A DNA stretch of 61,634 nucleotides, counting the filler, from Catajapyx aquilonaris (lineage: Eukaryota), in NCBI GenBank assembly GCA_000934665.2. It is 4 parts of 4 records of this genome, joined end to end, with 100 filler letters (N's around TTAATTAATTAA, not from the genome) between each part and the next. Parts side by side here need not be neighbours in the genome. Positions count along the whole stretch, not along the records: positions 1 to 15,315 come from JYFJ02007533.1; 3 more parts are not named here. One strand, written 5' to 3'. Within the stretch, counting starts at the first letter, position 1; the number at the start of each line of letters is the position of its first letter. Position numbers and translations under genes: made by a program. Under the pieces are notes generated by a model. The model was given only the letters and a program-made list of their open reading frames with translations, was not told the DNA's origin and ran no database searches. This document shows positions 1-11,630 of the stretch, in pieces.

Positions 1-502
1 TATTTGGCCCCATTGCGTACTTTCAAGGCGCACATGCGTTCCTTCAAATGCAATTATTTTCCTTAAATCAAAAAAGTCCTCCTGAGATTTTTTTCTAGGT
101 GAGGGAAAGGGTCTGAGCTACAACTATATTTAAAAATCGGATTTTTAAATTAGGCGGATTTTTTTTATAAAAAATTTGAAATTTTGAAAATGGGACAAAA
201 TTTTCAAAAAAGTCAAAATACGAATTTTCAATCCTTAGTGAGATTGGGCTCTCGAATCTCTTCAAAGGGAGCGGTCTACGACGTCTGTAGCTCAATTGGT
301 TCACGAGATATGACCGATTTCTGAAACCCTACCTTCCGAAAATGACGTTTTTTTCGGTGGGCCTATTTCCGGGGAGGGGGGGTAAATCTCAAAACCGCGC
401 AAATGGTATTTTTGAAAGACGTAATTAAAGCGATTCGCCGATTTTCGTCAAAATCTGACATCCCAAGGGTCAGGGGGCTCGGTGAATTGACATGGAATGA
501 CC
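1..502. mobile_element. Terminal fragment of a probable non-autonomous DNA transposon, cut by the contig start
   Basis: Ends in ...GAATTGACATGGAATGACCC (502). Homology to the 5543-6561 duplicate begins immediately after, which marks an insertion junction. Family not determined. Confidence 0.45.
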
Positions 503-1550
503 CAGCTCCATCTGTTGTTCGAAAAATGTAAATACGGTAAATGGTGTCGTGCCTATAACCCGCTCAGACATGTCTGGCGTGACCGTTGCAGTCTTTTCCC
601 GCAGGTGCTGGATATCACGAATCTTCTCACCATGCATGTGTCATCACAAAAAAGTCCATCGGGTATGATCTGGGCCTCTGGTGGTAAGATCTGGGCCTCT
701 GGTGGCTAGACATGGAGAAATGTCTCATTCAAGACTTCGCACACTGGGAGGCTGGACAAATAAATCTTTTCTAAGACAGGTTTGTCTCATGGATGAGGCG
801 AATTGTTAATTTGAATCATCAAGAACAAAGTGTGTGGTGTAGAGATCCGAGATATTCAGGACCTACGGGATAGGATCGCAACGGTATAGCTCCAGATATG
901 ATTGAGCGGGTTGGGCACGAGACAGAATACCGTCTCTTTTACCTGCTGAGCGACGAATAGAGCAATACCAAAACTTTAGACCTCTAGAAGCATTTCAAAA
1001 GTTACCTAAAAAGGTACAAAAGTTACATAAAATATTAGAGTACGTGAAATGGTGCAGTATGAAAGACGATTAGGTAAATATTAATGAGTTTTGCAATTCT
1101 CTGAACCCCTCCCCCCATCAGGTATGCTTGAATGCTGGAAAGACATGCATCATAGTTAGGCGCAGATGTCCTGCTTCGGAATTGTAGTTAGTTGGTCTTT
1201 GTAGTGTCGTGCTGCGGTCTGCAATTTTAGACGTACAGTAAACTGCTACACACGTACGAGTATAACTGGCGACCATGTTTGCTCTTCGTACACGGAAATT
1301 ATTATGCTACTTTTAGATCACATTTAAAAAATGGACACGATGCTCCATATTTTATATTTTATAACCTCCAGATCATACAGTATGTTGATGTATCAGGTCC
1401 AGCAACTGTCTGTCAGATTTAATACATTTAAAACATTTCACGAAACTGGCTCTGCACACCCTTATTCGGGCCACACCAGGTCTTACTCAAATGACATGTC
1501 CGAAGCCATCACTCCTTTGAGTACAGAGCATGTACACTCCCTCTCACTTA
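503..1550 (+). repeat. ~1 kb segmental duplicate (copy 1) in the Gr 3' flank, containing a Tc1/mariner transposase relic
   Basis: Colinear with 5543-6561 from AGCTCCATCTGTTGTTCG to ACACTCCCTCT(C/G)ACTTAG. The minus strand shows frameshifted PP..PDLTxMDFF and DIQHLREK..ATVTPDM. Confidence 0.85.
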
Positions 1551-1722
1551 GCAGTGCCAGTAGCCAACACTGGTACTGTTAAATTAGCAGTAACTAGCAG
1601 AGGGACGAAAATTCCGTCCTGTACTTTTATACATTGTCACAACCATGCAATCTTATGACTTATTATGTACCGCATATCAGTTTAAGTTATAATACATTCT
1701 CTGAATAATTGGCAGGCTCGAA

Positions 1723-4491
1723 TCAGGCTGAGTCTGTTGTTTTAATTGTTGATGTAATAGAAGCATCTTTGCCATCCTTCATAGCCGCTTCCGCTCCCTT
1801 GAACTGCGCAAGTACAATCAAATATGTAGTCACAGCACCCAACACCTGCAATATATTGTTCGATTATTGTTTATAGTCGGGGTTATTACAGCCTCAGAAT
1901 ATTAATCGACGAGTGCAGATAATGAAATATGAAAGGGAAATAATCGGAAATAATATGGAACAAAAAACCAATATTATGTTCAATCCCTACAGAATAAAAA
2001 CCAATTGTGTAATACTTTATAATATCAATTACAGCGTGTCAAAAGTGTGCGCATGATATTACAGTGTTTTACCGTTGTCTATACTCTACAGTAGCCCACT
2101 GTACCAGAATGTGAAAGTTGAAGCGAACAATCATAAATCCATCAGCTTATCTATAGCTTCTTCTCATGAAATGAAAATCTCTTTAGCAAAAATATATTAT
2201 AGTCCAAAGTTATAGCCTACATATTGTGTTGGTACTTGCAAAACAAACATACCGGTACAGTACCATCAGAAATTTAAAAAAATGAATATGCAATACAATA
2301 TCTTCTATATCTATAAATAAGGAAGTTTGTCAGATGTTTGCCCCTTATAGAAATCCTGGGGAAGGCCCCTACACCGCCTTAAATTAGCATATCGGGGGTT
2401 ACACTTTTCAAGGAATTTAATGCCGCATGTTTCAGCTTCCGAAAATGTACCTAACTCCCACAACACGCATATTCCCGAATCTTCTCTCTTCTCGGGCCTT
2501 AACAATTAACTTACAACAATATATCAATTCAAATTCCCATGGAAATGCCCTTATGCAAGTTCAATACCTAGCAAATTAAACCATCGACGGTAAATTCAAC
2601 GCATGCATCAATTGCGCTAATAATTGGCACCTCACGTGAGTTCGTATCGTATGATCATTCCGGGATTTTGTGGGATTAGAAAGTAGACTTCCAGACAAAA
2701 ATAAATACAATAAAATAATACAGTATTTACTAATGTTACTCCGTGTTGAAAATATTTCTTCCACCATGCATCTGTACGTCTGTACGTACATTTCTAGAGT
2801 TCTTCAAAGCAAACATATGGAACGAGATGGAGGTGTGAAGTGGGGTTGGGGGGTCAAGGGGTCAAAAATGCAGGGGGAAAAAACACACGGCTGTGCAGTC
2901 TTTTCTTGGGCCAACTCCATCCGCAATCCTCTTTTTACACATCCAATCAGAATATCTGTGTCGACTACACTATAAGACAAGCAGGTAATCTATCACAGAG
3001 AGTGACAAACTTTGGCTTATTGCAACTTATAAGGCCTATTTTAAGACATATCGAGTTTCGAGTGTACGGAAGGGAAATTTTTACAAACAAACACACTTCC
3101 TAAAATAGTGTATATGTACCCCTTACCAGCACCCCAACATACCCGGGCAACGCCGGGTAACCTGCTAGTACTTAATAAGTAATGCAATGCACACTCACAG
3201 CTGTCATGAGGCCACGATTGATGGCGAAATAACTGGCTGCAGTTATCTCAATGGGTGGACCCGTCATCTTCTGGATTAAGGCCTCGAACTGAAATCAAAA
3301 TATTTGTTATTGACAATAGTGTATCATCGCAATAGAAGTACTAGTTTGAATAACATTTATGTGCCAGCGTGATTGTTTACCTGTGATTTAATATGCGGAT
3401 TGCTAACAAGCCGATTGACCTCTATGAGGCGTGTCAATGACTTTGTGCTCTGAAAATGAAGAATCTCATTACAGTCGAATGATTTGTTCAGTATGTTTCT
3501 GCCTTACCTGACGTGGAATTGATCCCAAGATCCCAGTGAAGGTCATCATTGATGATATCACCGCAACAATGACAAAAGCTGTCGAAATGTAAATTACTGT
3601 TTTTCCCATGTGCACCACAAGCAAGTAGAAAAGACAGCTAGTGATCCACACGACAAATATCAAGTAAGTGATCATGATGGACGTCCCGTAGATATTGTCC
3701 ATCTTCTCGACCAAATGGGACAGTTGGAAGAAAAGGTCGGCTGATGAAATCAACTTTCGCCTTACACTCAGGTCATGCTGTTCTATGGTAGATGAGGATA
3801 GAGCACTGCACACTTCAAAGATATTAGTGTTGAAGCATTGTAGCTGTGATCGTACAATGATCGCCAAGAATGTGACCTGAACAAGAATCAAGTTGAACAG
3901 GAACAAGGGATGCAAACGAAGTAGCAAGAAAAACCAATCGTACCAGTCATCGCCTGACCGCCAATGCACAATCCCATGAGATTGTTCAGCCAAATAAATC
4001 AAGAAGCACCCAGCCACTAAGATCGCAGAATATTTCTTCAATTTTGTGTCGATGCACACATGGAGTTGCGAGAAAAGGTGAAAGAGCTTCCAGATGTTGG
4101 GCACTTTCACTTGAATCCGGATGTAGTTAATCCATGGGGTACTCAAAATGATGGCATTCATGGTCAAGGTAGTGGCCCTCGACGTTGGATCAAAGGACAT
4201 GATTTTAACCCACAATGGTGGTGGTTTACAGATTAGGATGACGATGTATGTGGCCAGGAGAAGGAAGTGGATGATGGTGGGCCACCGTCTCTGCCACTTC
4301 CAACTGACGTCATTCTTCTTCCTGGGCCACGGGTAAGGAGATATTCCTCCGAACACTGCCAAAATGGCCATTGGTCTGGCCACACTCCAAAAGACTCTCT
4401 CATTTTTTCTACCTACTTCATCTTCATCGTTCTCCTTTGATTGGGTCACAGTGGATGGCGTACCGTGCACTGATTCCCACTGGTCCCTCAT
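1723..4491 (-). CDS. Gustatory receptor (7tm_7 family), copy 1; exons 4491-3508, 3449-3381, 3288-3199, 1845-1723
   Basis: Multi-TM first exon; three phase-0 GT-AG introns near the C-terminus; TM7 motif TYLIVLAQF; ITAASYFAINRG motif; open frame to TGA. Confidence 0.93.
2301..3168 (+). mobile_element. Non-autonomous Helitron in Gr copy 1 intron 3
   Basis: A|TCTTCTATATCTATAAAT 5' end; 3' hairpin ACCCGGGCAACGCCGGGT (3141-3158) followed by CTAG|T; A/T target site; absent from paralogous introns. Confidence 0.85.
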
Positions 4492-4702
4492 ATTGAATTC
4501 AATTCTCTATAATATAGCCTATGATATTGTAATGTAGCCTACATCTAAAGAGAATCAACACGAATATCCGCTATATGCGTTCGCTTAAGAGCAGTCAATG
4601 AGACGCACTGAGAAGTGGTTGACAATGACTACAAAAGGGTGTCACTATGATTCTTTTTTTCACACTCATAACATCGATCGAGTTTCGTAGGAAATACTGT
4701 AA

Positions 4703-4716
4703 GTTGTCATAACACA
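4703..4716. promoter_or_regulatory. Degenerate RFX X-box upstream of Gr copy 1
   Basis: GTTGTCATAACACA, positionally homologous to the perfect X-box upstream of copy 2. Confidence 0.4.
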
Positions 4717-5542
4717 TACCGCAACTTTGGTTTCATAACAGCCACCTGATTGCTATATTCAGAGCCTAGTAACGGTTCACATACGTAGATGCATGAAAAT
4801 ATTCCACCAATGCAATGGGTGTAAATATTTGAAGACCTCTTCGTGGAGTAACTATCTTGATGAAGTAACACACACCGTTGCCATCAATAAACAGACCTTC
4901 CGTGTCAAGAGCTGTCTCATTACTACTGTACGTCTGTACCTTTGTAGGTGATGAAACCATACAGCTAGACTGGGTGTTTCACCAGGTAGTCCCCCCAAAG
5001 AATCGATTATATATTCTTGATAATGTGATGTGTTGTTTACAAGTGACCTAAGTTCATGGGAATACAGAACTATTCGCAATAAATGCTGTACCTGACCCTC
5101 AAAGACATCCATACTCACTCGAACTCGACTCGACCAGACTCTCATTATTGTCGAAGATCCTCCGCAGCTTATCCTCATAAATGGTCCGCATTGCTGCACT
5201 TTTGTTGCTTTCCAAGTCTTCTAACCTCGAGGCTCACTGTTGCAAGAACAATTCTTCAAATATCCCCTATTCACGGCTATTTTGACAGGTGGAAACAGGA
5301 TACCCGGTTTCTTGCGACAAATTCGTGTGACTTTTTCGGTCATTCCAGCAACCTGTGCTTCACTTTTTCGATTTTTTCTTTGAAGTCATCTACCACTGTA
5401 TTATAAAGGTCGATCCCGGCAGTATAATTAGAGTAACCATTCTGTAGCTACAGGGAGCCTTCGTAAGCCCCTCCTTCCCTTGCTCGGATTCGTTCTGCTT
5501 TTGACGGGATGTTATAAGATCTCTGGTTACGTCGGAGGACAT

Positions 5543-6561
5543 GAGCTCCATCTGTTGTTCGAAAAATGTAAATACGGTAATCGGTGTCGTGCCTAACCCG
5601 CTACCGGTAGTACATGTCTGGCGTGACCGTTGCAGTCTTTTCCCGCAGGTGCTGGATATCACGAATCTTTTCACCATGCATGTGTCATCACAAAAAAGTC
5701 CATCGGGTAAGATCTGGGCGTCTGGTGGCTAGGCATAAAGAAATGTCTCATTCAAGACTTCGCACACTGGGAGGCTGAACAAATGAAACTTTTTGTTTCA
5801 TGGATAATGGGAATTTTTTATTTGAATCATCAAGAACAAAGTGTGTGGTGTAGATATCCGAGATATTCAGGACCTACGGGATAGGATCGCTACGGCAGGC
5901 AGCTCCAGATATGATTGAGCGGGTTGGGCACGAGACACAATACCGTCTTTCTTACCTGCTGAGTGACGAATAGAGCAGTACCAAAACTTTAGATCTCTCT
6001 TAGGATTTCAAAACCTACATAAAAAGTTACAAAAGATACAAAAAGTTACATAAAATTTTATAGTAAGGGAAGTGGTGCAGTAAGAAGACGATTATGTAAA
6101 TACTAATGAGTATTGCAATTCTCTGAACCCCATCAGGTCTGCCTGCATGCTGGGAAGACATGCATCATAGTTTGGCGCATATGTCCTGCTTCGGAATTGT
6201 CGTCTGTTGGTCTTTGTAGTGTCGTGCTGCGGTCTGCAATTTTAGACGTACAGTACACTACTATACACACGTATGATAACTAGCGACCATGTTTGCCCTT
6301 AGTACTCGGAAATTATTATGCCACTTTTAGAACAAATATCAAAAATGGACACGATGCTCCATATTTTATATTTTATAACCTCAAGAACATATGTTGATGG
6401 ATCAGGTCCAGCAACTGTCTGTCAGATTCAATACATTAAATAATTTCATGAAATACTGGCTCTGCACACACATATTCGGGCCACACCAGGGCTTGCTCAA
6501 ATGACATGCCCGAAGCTTTCACTCCCTTGAGTACAGAGCATTTACACTCCCTCTGACTTAG
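5543..6561 (+). repeat. ~1 kb segmental duplicate (copy 2) with mariner transposase relic (~5590-5740, minus strand)
   Basis: Colinear with 503-1550; decayed WPPRSPDLTPxDFF-like motif. Confidence 0.85.
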
Positions 6562-6650
6562 GGCCAGTTGCACCGACCTCAGTATATCTTAGAACCTCGG
6601 GTATATCAAGAATTGCCATAGCAATCATTGTTGGTCAACAATGATTGCTA

Positions 6651-7125
6651 GAGGGGACCAATACAAGTATTTTTGACATAGGAACCCGTGTCCGGAAACG
6701 CCATCTAGAGGGGGTTCATAGACGAGGAACGGGTGCGCTCAGACGCGTCAGGCGAGAGGCGCTAGGCGAGCGGACTGTTTTGTTGGTAGATGGCGCACAG
6801 TTGTTGCCAGGTTATGGCGTATCGCGTCGTTGTAAGTAAACAACAAGGCGATACGCCATAACTTGGCAACAACAGAACCGCTGTTGACTATCCGCGCGTC
6901 TCCCAGGAGGCGGACTTTAGTTGCTAGATGGCTCTGTTGTTGCCAGGTTATGGCACATCGCATTGGTGTTTAATATCCGAGCGCCATCTGTCAACAAACA
7001 GTCCGCTCACCTAGCGCCTCCTGCGTGAAGCGTCTGAGCGCACCCGTTCCTTGTCTATGAACCCCCTCTAGATGGCGTTTCCGGACACGGGTTCATATGT
7101 CAAAAATACTTGTATTGGTCCCCTC
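6651..7125. mobile_element. MITE/foldback element with ~145-bp TIRs
   Basis: GAGGGGACCAATACAAGTATTTTTGACATA... versus ...TATGTCAAAAATACTTGTATTGGTCCCCTC; flanked by TA; internal hairpin at ~6800-6873. Confidence 0.9.
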
Positions 7126-7174
7126 TATTACCCCTCAAAGTCTTTGCAGAGTTACAATAAACACCCTGTATAAT

Positions 7175-7240
7175 ATAGAAGTAATTAGTTTTAATAACAT
7201 TATGTGCTTAGCGTGATTGTTTACCTGTGATTTAATATGC
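7175..7240 (-). pseudogene. Orphan Gr fragment (end of exon 2 plus intron 2)
   Basis: Matches 3332-3396 of Gr copy 1 (GCGTGATTGTTTACCTGTGATTTAATATGC). Confidence 0.65.
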
Positions 7241-7324
7241 TGATATCATACTTCAAGATAAAAATAATTGTCTTTATCTAACCCCCTTACCAAAACCCAC
7301 TTTCGTCCATTTCAGGCAGGAAAG

Positions 7325-8898
7325 TTACATAGTTGCAGAAGTAGCAGGCTCAGTTTTAATTGCGGAAGTTAAAGAAGGAGCATTTCCATTCTCCTTAGGA
7401 ACTTCCGCTCCCTTGAACTGTGCAAGGACTATCAGATATGTGGTCACAGCACCCAACACCTGCAATTATTGTTACAATAATTACATAGTCGGGTTTGGAA
7501 GTTTAGAGGGAGTCACTTAGATATTGCACATATGGGAAATAGTGCAATCAACTTTGGTGACAAGCTTATTTTTATAGGGGTAAATACGAGTACAATGCAC
7601 ACTCACTGCTGTCAATAGGCCGCGATTGATCGTGAAATAACTGGCTGCAGTTATCCCGACTTCAGGACCAGTCATCTTCTGGATTAAGGCCTCGATCTGA
7701 AAACAAAATATGAATTAGACACGAATAATAATGTCCCAACAGAAGTCGTTTCATTCATATTTATGCTATAAATCCATACCTCGGATTTAATATATGAATT
7801 GCAGACAATGCGATTAATCTGGATCAGACGTGTCAATGACTTTGTGCTCTGAAAATTAAGAAGCTCATTACACTTATCTGATTAGTTCAATTTCTGCCTT
7901 ACCTGACGTGGAATGGATCCCAAGATCACCGTGAAGACCACCATTGATGATATCACCACAACAATGACAATAGATATCATAATGAATATTACTGTTCCAC
8001 CATTGTACAACACAAGCAAGTAGAAAAGAAAGCTAGTGCTCCACACGACAAAGGTCAAGTAGGTGACCATGATGGACATCCCATAGATATTGTCCATATT
8101 CTCCACCAAAGTGCACAGTTCAAAGAAAAGGTCGGCTGATGAGGTCAACTTTCGCCTGACTCTCAGTTCATGCTGTTCCATGGTAGATGAACATAAAGCA
8201 GTGCACACCTCCATGATATGAGTGTTGAAGTATTGTAGCTGTGATCGTACAATGATCGCCAGGAATGTGATCTGTACAGGAATCAAGTTGAACAGGAACA
8301 AGGGATGCAAAAATAGGGGTAACACGTAAACCCAACAGTCCCAGGTATCACTTGATTTTAATGCAAAAATTAAATGAAACCGTTCAATCAAAGGTAATAA
8401 AAAGCATGCTCCAGCCAAGAGCACCGAGTATTTCTTCAGCTTTGTATCGACACTGAGTTGAGAGAAACGGTGGAACAACATCCAGATTTTGGGCACTTGG
8501 ACTTGAATCCAGATGTAGTTGAACCAAGGGGTGACCAATATGACTACCTGCATGATTATGTATGCGGCCTTGTCTGTTGGGTCCATGGACATGGCTCTAC
8601 GCCAAACTGGTGGTGGCTTGCAGATAAATATTGTGATGTACATGGCCAGAAGAAAGAAGTGGATGATGGTGGGCCAACGTCTCTGCCACTTCCAACTTAT
8701 GTCATCCTTTCTCCTGGGAAGCGGGTAAGGAGAGATCCCTCCGAACACTGCCAACATGGCCATGGGTCTGGCCACATTCCAAAACACTCTTTCATTGTTG
8801 CGGGCATCTTTGGCCCTTTCTTCGTCACTATTGATATCCTTGGATGGAATCACAATGGAGGGCGCACCGAGCACTGATTCCCACTTCGTATTCCTCAT
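7325..8898 (-). CDS. Gustatory receptor, copy 2; exons 8898-7903, 7848-7780, 7696-7607, 7459-7325
   Basis: Paralog of copy 1 with the same 69- and 90-bp internal exons; TYLIVLAQF; intact frame. Confidence 0.93.
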
Positions 8899-9057
8899 TG
8901 CAATTCTCTACCCATTTAGTGCACATCTAGATAAAATCAGCACATATATTCGTTATATGCATCCGCTTTAGAACCGTCAGTGAGACTAACTGAAAAGTGA
9001 GTTTCACTGAACTACAAGACATATGTGTGATGATTGGCCCGTATCATTGCAAATATT

Positions 9058-9071
9058 GTTGTCATAACAAC
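9058..9071. promoter_or_regulatory. RFX X-box upstream of Gr copy 2
   Basis: GTTGTCATAACAAC matches GTHNYY-AT-RRNAAC, 160 bp upstream of the ATG. Confidence 0.55.
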
Positions 9072-9496
9072 CAGCAAATGTTTTATGTAGCAGACACCGC
9101 ATTGCGATATGCACACCTTATAGCCAGTTCATGGCATTATTTTACCCAAGGGTGTCAATTTTGAAGACCTACAGTTTTTGTAGGCCTATATTACAACTAT
9201 AATGATGACTTGACACGAAACAGTTGCCATTAAGTTAATTGCTCTCACAAGGAGGGAGCGAAGGTCACACGAGCAAAGTTATCTAGTTGCGCTGTTCTAG
9301 TTGCGTCTTATTTTTGAAAGTCAGTAAGTATAGTAAGTTAGTACTGTTTACATTGCGTGAAAATAATGTATGTGGGCAGCTGGACTATTCTGTATTGTGT
9401 CTGTAGTGGGTATTAACCTGCCAAAGTGTATCTGAAATATTAATGTTACTCAATATAATCTTACACATAATATTATATCCTGCATATTACTTAAAG

Positions 9497-11034
9497 TTAC
9501 ACATTTGCTGAAGTAGTGGTGGCAATAGTAGTTTTACTTGTCGTCCCCTCAGCATTTTCCGATACCTTGAACTGCGCAAGAACTATCAAATATGTTGTCA
9601 CTGCACCCAACACCTGCAATTGTTCCAATTATCAAAACATGCTGAAAACTTTGCCGCTAATTACACTAGACATGTACTGTACATCTTAGTGTAAATTTTG
9701 CACAAAGCTGCCTCACACTCACCGAGGTCAAGAGACCACGATTTATGGCGAAATAACTGGCTGCAGTAATCTCAATGGGAGGACCAGTCATCTTCTGGAT
9801 TAAGGCCTCAATCTGAGAGGAGAATATTAGTTATTGATATGAGGGTAGCAACAGAAGTAAACTTAGGCTAATTTTAAATACATTCATATGCTAACATGAT
9901 TACTTACCTCTGATTTAATATGCGGATTGCTAACAAGGCGATTGACCTGGATGAGACGTGTCAGTGACTTTGTGCTCTGAAAATTAAGAACCTCATTACA
10001 CTCCTTTGATTTTGTTCAGGTGCCGCCTAGCTTACCTGACGTGGAATGGATCCTAAGATTCCAGTGAAGGCTACCATTGATAATATCAACGCAGCAATAA
10101 CAGTAGATATCATAAGGAAGAATGATGGGTTTCCACTATACAGCACAATCAAATAGAAAAGATAGCTAGTGCTCGCAACGACATAGATCAGGTAGGTGAT
10201 CATGATGGATGTCCCATAGATGCTGTCCATGTTCTCAACCAAAAGTGATAGTTCGAAGAAGAGTTCAGTGGATGACGTCAACTTTTGCTTGACCCTGAGG
10301 TCATGCTGTACCATTGTAGATGAGCATAAAGCAGTGCACACCTCCATTATATGAGCGTTGAAGCATTGTAGCTGTGATCGTACAATGATAGCCAGGAATG
10401 TGACCTGAATCGGAATCAAGTTGAACAGGAACAAGGCGTGCACAAATAGGAGTAAGTAAAACCAAGTGTACCAACTATCACTTGCCACCAACTGACCAAC
10501 CACAACAACTCGTTCAACCAAAGGCAGTAAGAAGCAGCCTGCAACCAACATCACAGAATTTTTCTTCAGCTTCTTGTCAATGGATCCATGGAGTTGGGAG
10601 AATCTGTAGAACAGGCTCCAGATTTGGGACACTTTAACTTGAATCCAGATGTAGTTAATCCAGGGAGTAGCCAGTATGACTGTCTGCATGGTTATGTATG
10701 TCGCCTTGTCGGTTGGATTCTTGGTTATGACTTTAATCCAATATGATGGTGGCTTGCAGATAAGTATTGTGATGTATGTGGCTAGGAGAAGAAAGTGGAT
10801 GATGGTGGGCCACCGTCTCTGCCACTTCCAATAGACATCATTCTTCTTTCTGGGCCACGGGTAAGGAGATAACCCTCCGATGACTGCCAAAATGGCCATG
10901 GGTCTGGCCACACCCCAAAACACTTTCTCATTGTTCTGGTCATCTTTGGAGTCCCTTCCGTCACTCTTGGTCTCCTTAGATGATATCACAGTGGAGGGCG
11001 CACCTGGCACTGAATCCCATTCCGCACTTCGCAT
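9497..11034 (-). CDS. Gustatory receptor, copy 3; exons 11034-10036, 9976-9908, 9812-9723, 9613-9497
   Basis: Same structure and motifs as copies 1 and 2; intact frame. Confidence 0.93.
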
Positions 11035-11189
11035 AATGGCACTAGTTGATGCGTCTGCTTTAGAACCGTCAGTGAGACAGTGTGTGTCTCACTGACATAA
11101 CATTACGAGAACCATTCCACAATGACAAAGTATGGGTATTATTTTTTGCACTCATTACATTCCGTACTGTGGCTTATACCTTACTGCTA

Positions 11190-11203
11190 GTTGTCATACC
11201 AAC
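11190..11203. promoter_or_regulatory. Near-consensus RFX X-box upstream of Gr copy 3
   Basis: GTTGTCATACCAAC, 156 bp upstream of the ATG. Confidence 0.45.
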
Positions 11204-11630
11204 CAGTGCTGGTTTTTTTTCATTGCAGCCGCCGCATTGCGAACAGCGCAACAGCCCACAGAGACACCTGACTATTTTGCCAAAGTGAGTAAATTACTAA
11301 CGTAACGACCTATGCGCATGTTACAAATATCTTGATGAGGTGACACGACACAGTTGCCATCGACCTTTTGTCGCAAAGGCCTCATTTAGTGCATCCAAAT
11401 TAGTCGTCTGGGCATATAAGGGAGTGATGGTGACACGAACAGAGTTATTTAGAGGCGAATATAGACCAGTTGCAAAGTGAAGGGTTTTATTGTTGGCCCA
11501 TTAATTATGTCGTCATAACTCAATCATCTTTACTGAAGCAAAATTCAAACATAAAATAACTTACACAATGCCATTTTCATGCCATTTTCCATGTCAAACT
11601 ATATTGTTATGCGGGTCTTCTTTTCCACGC

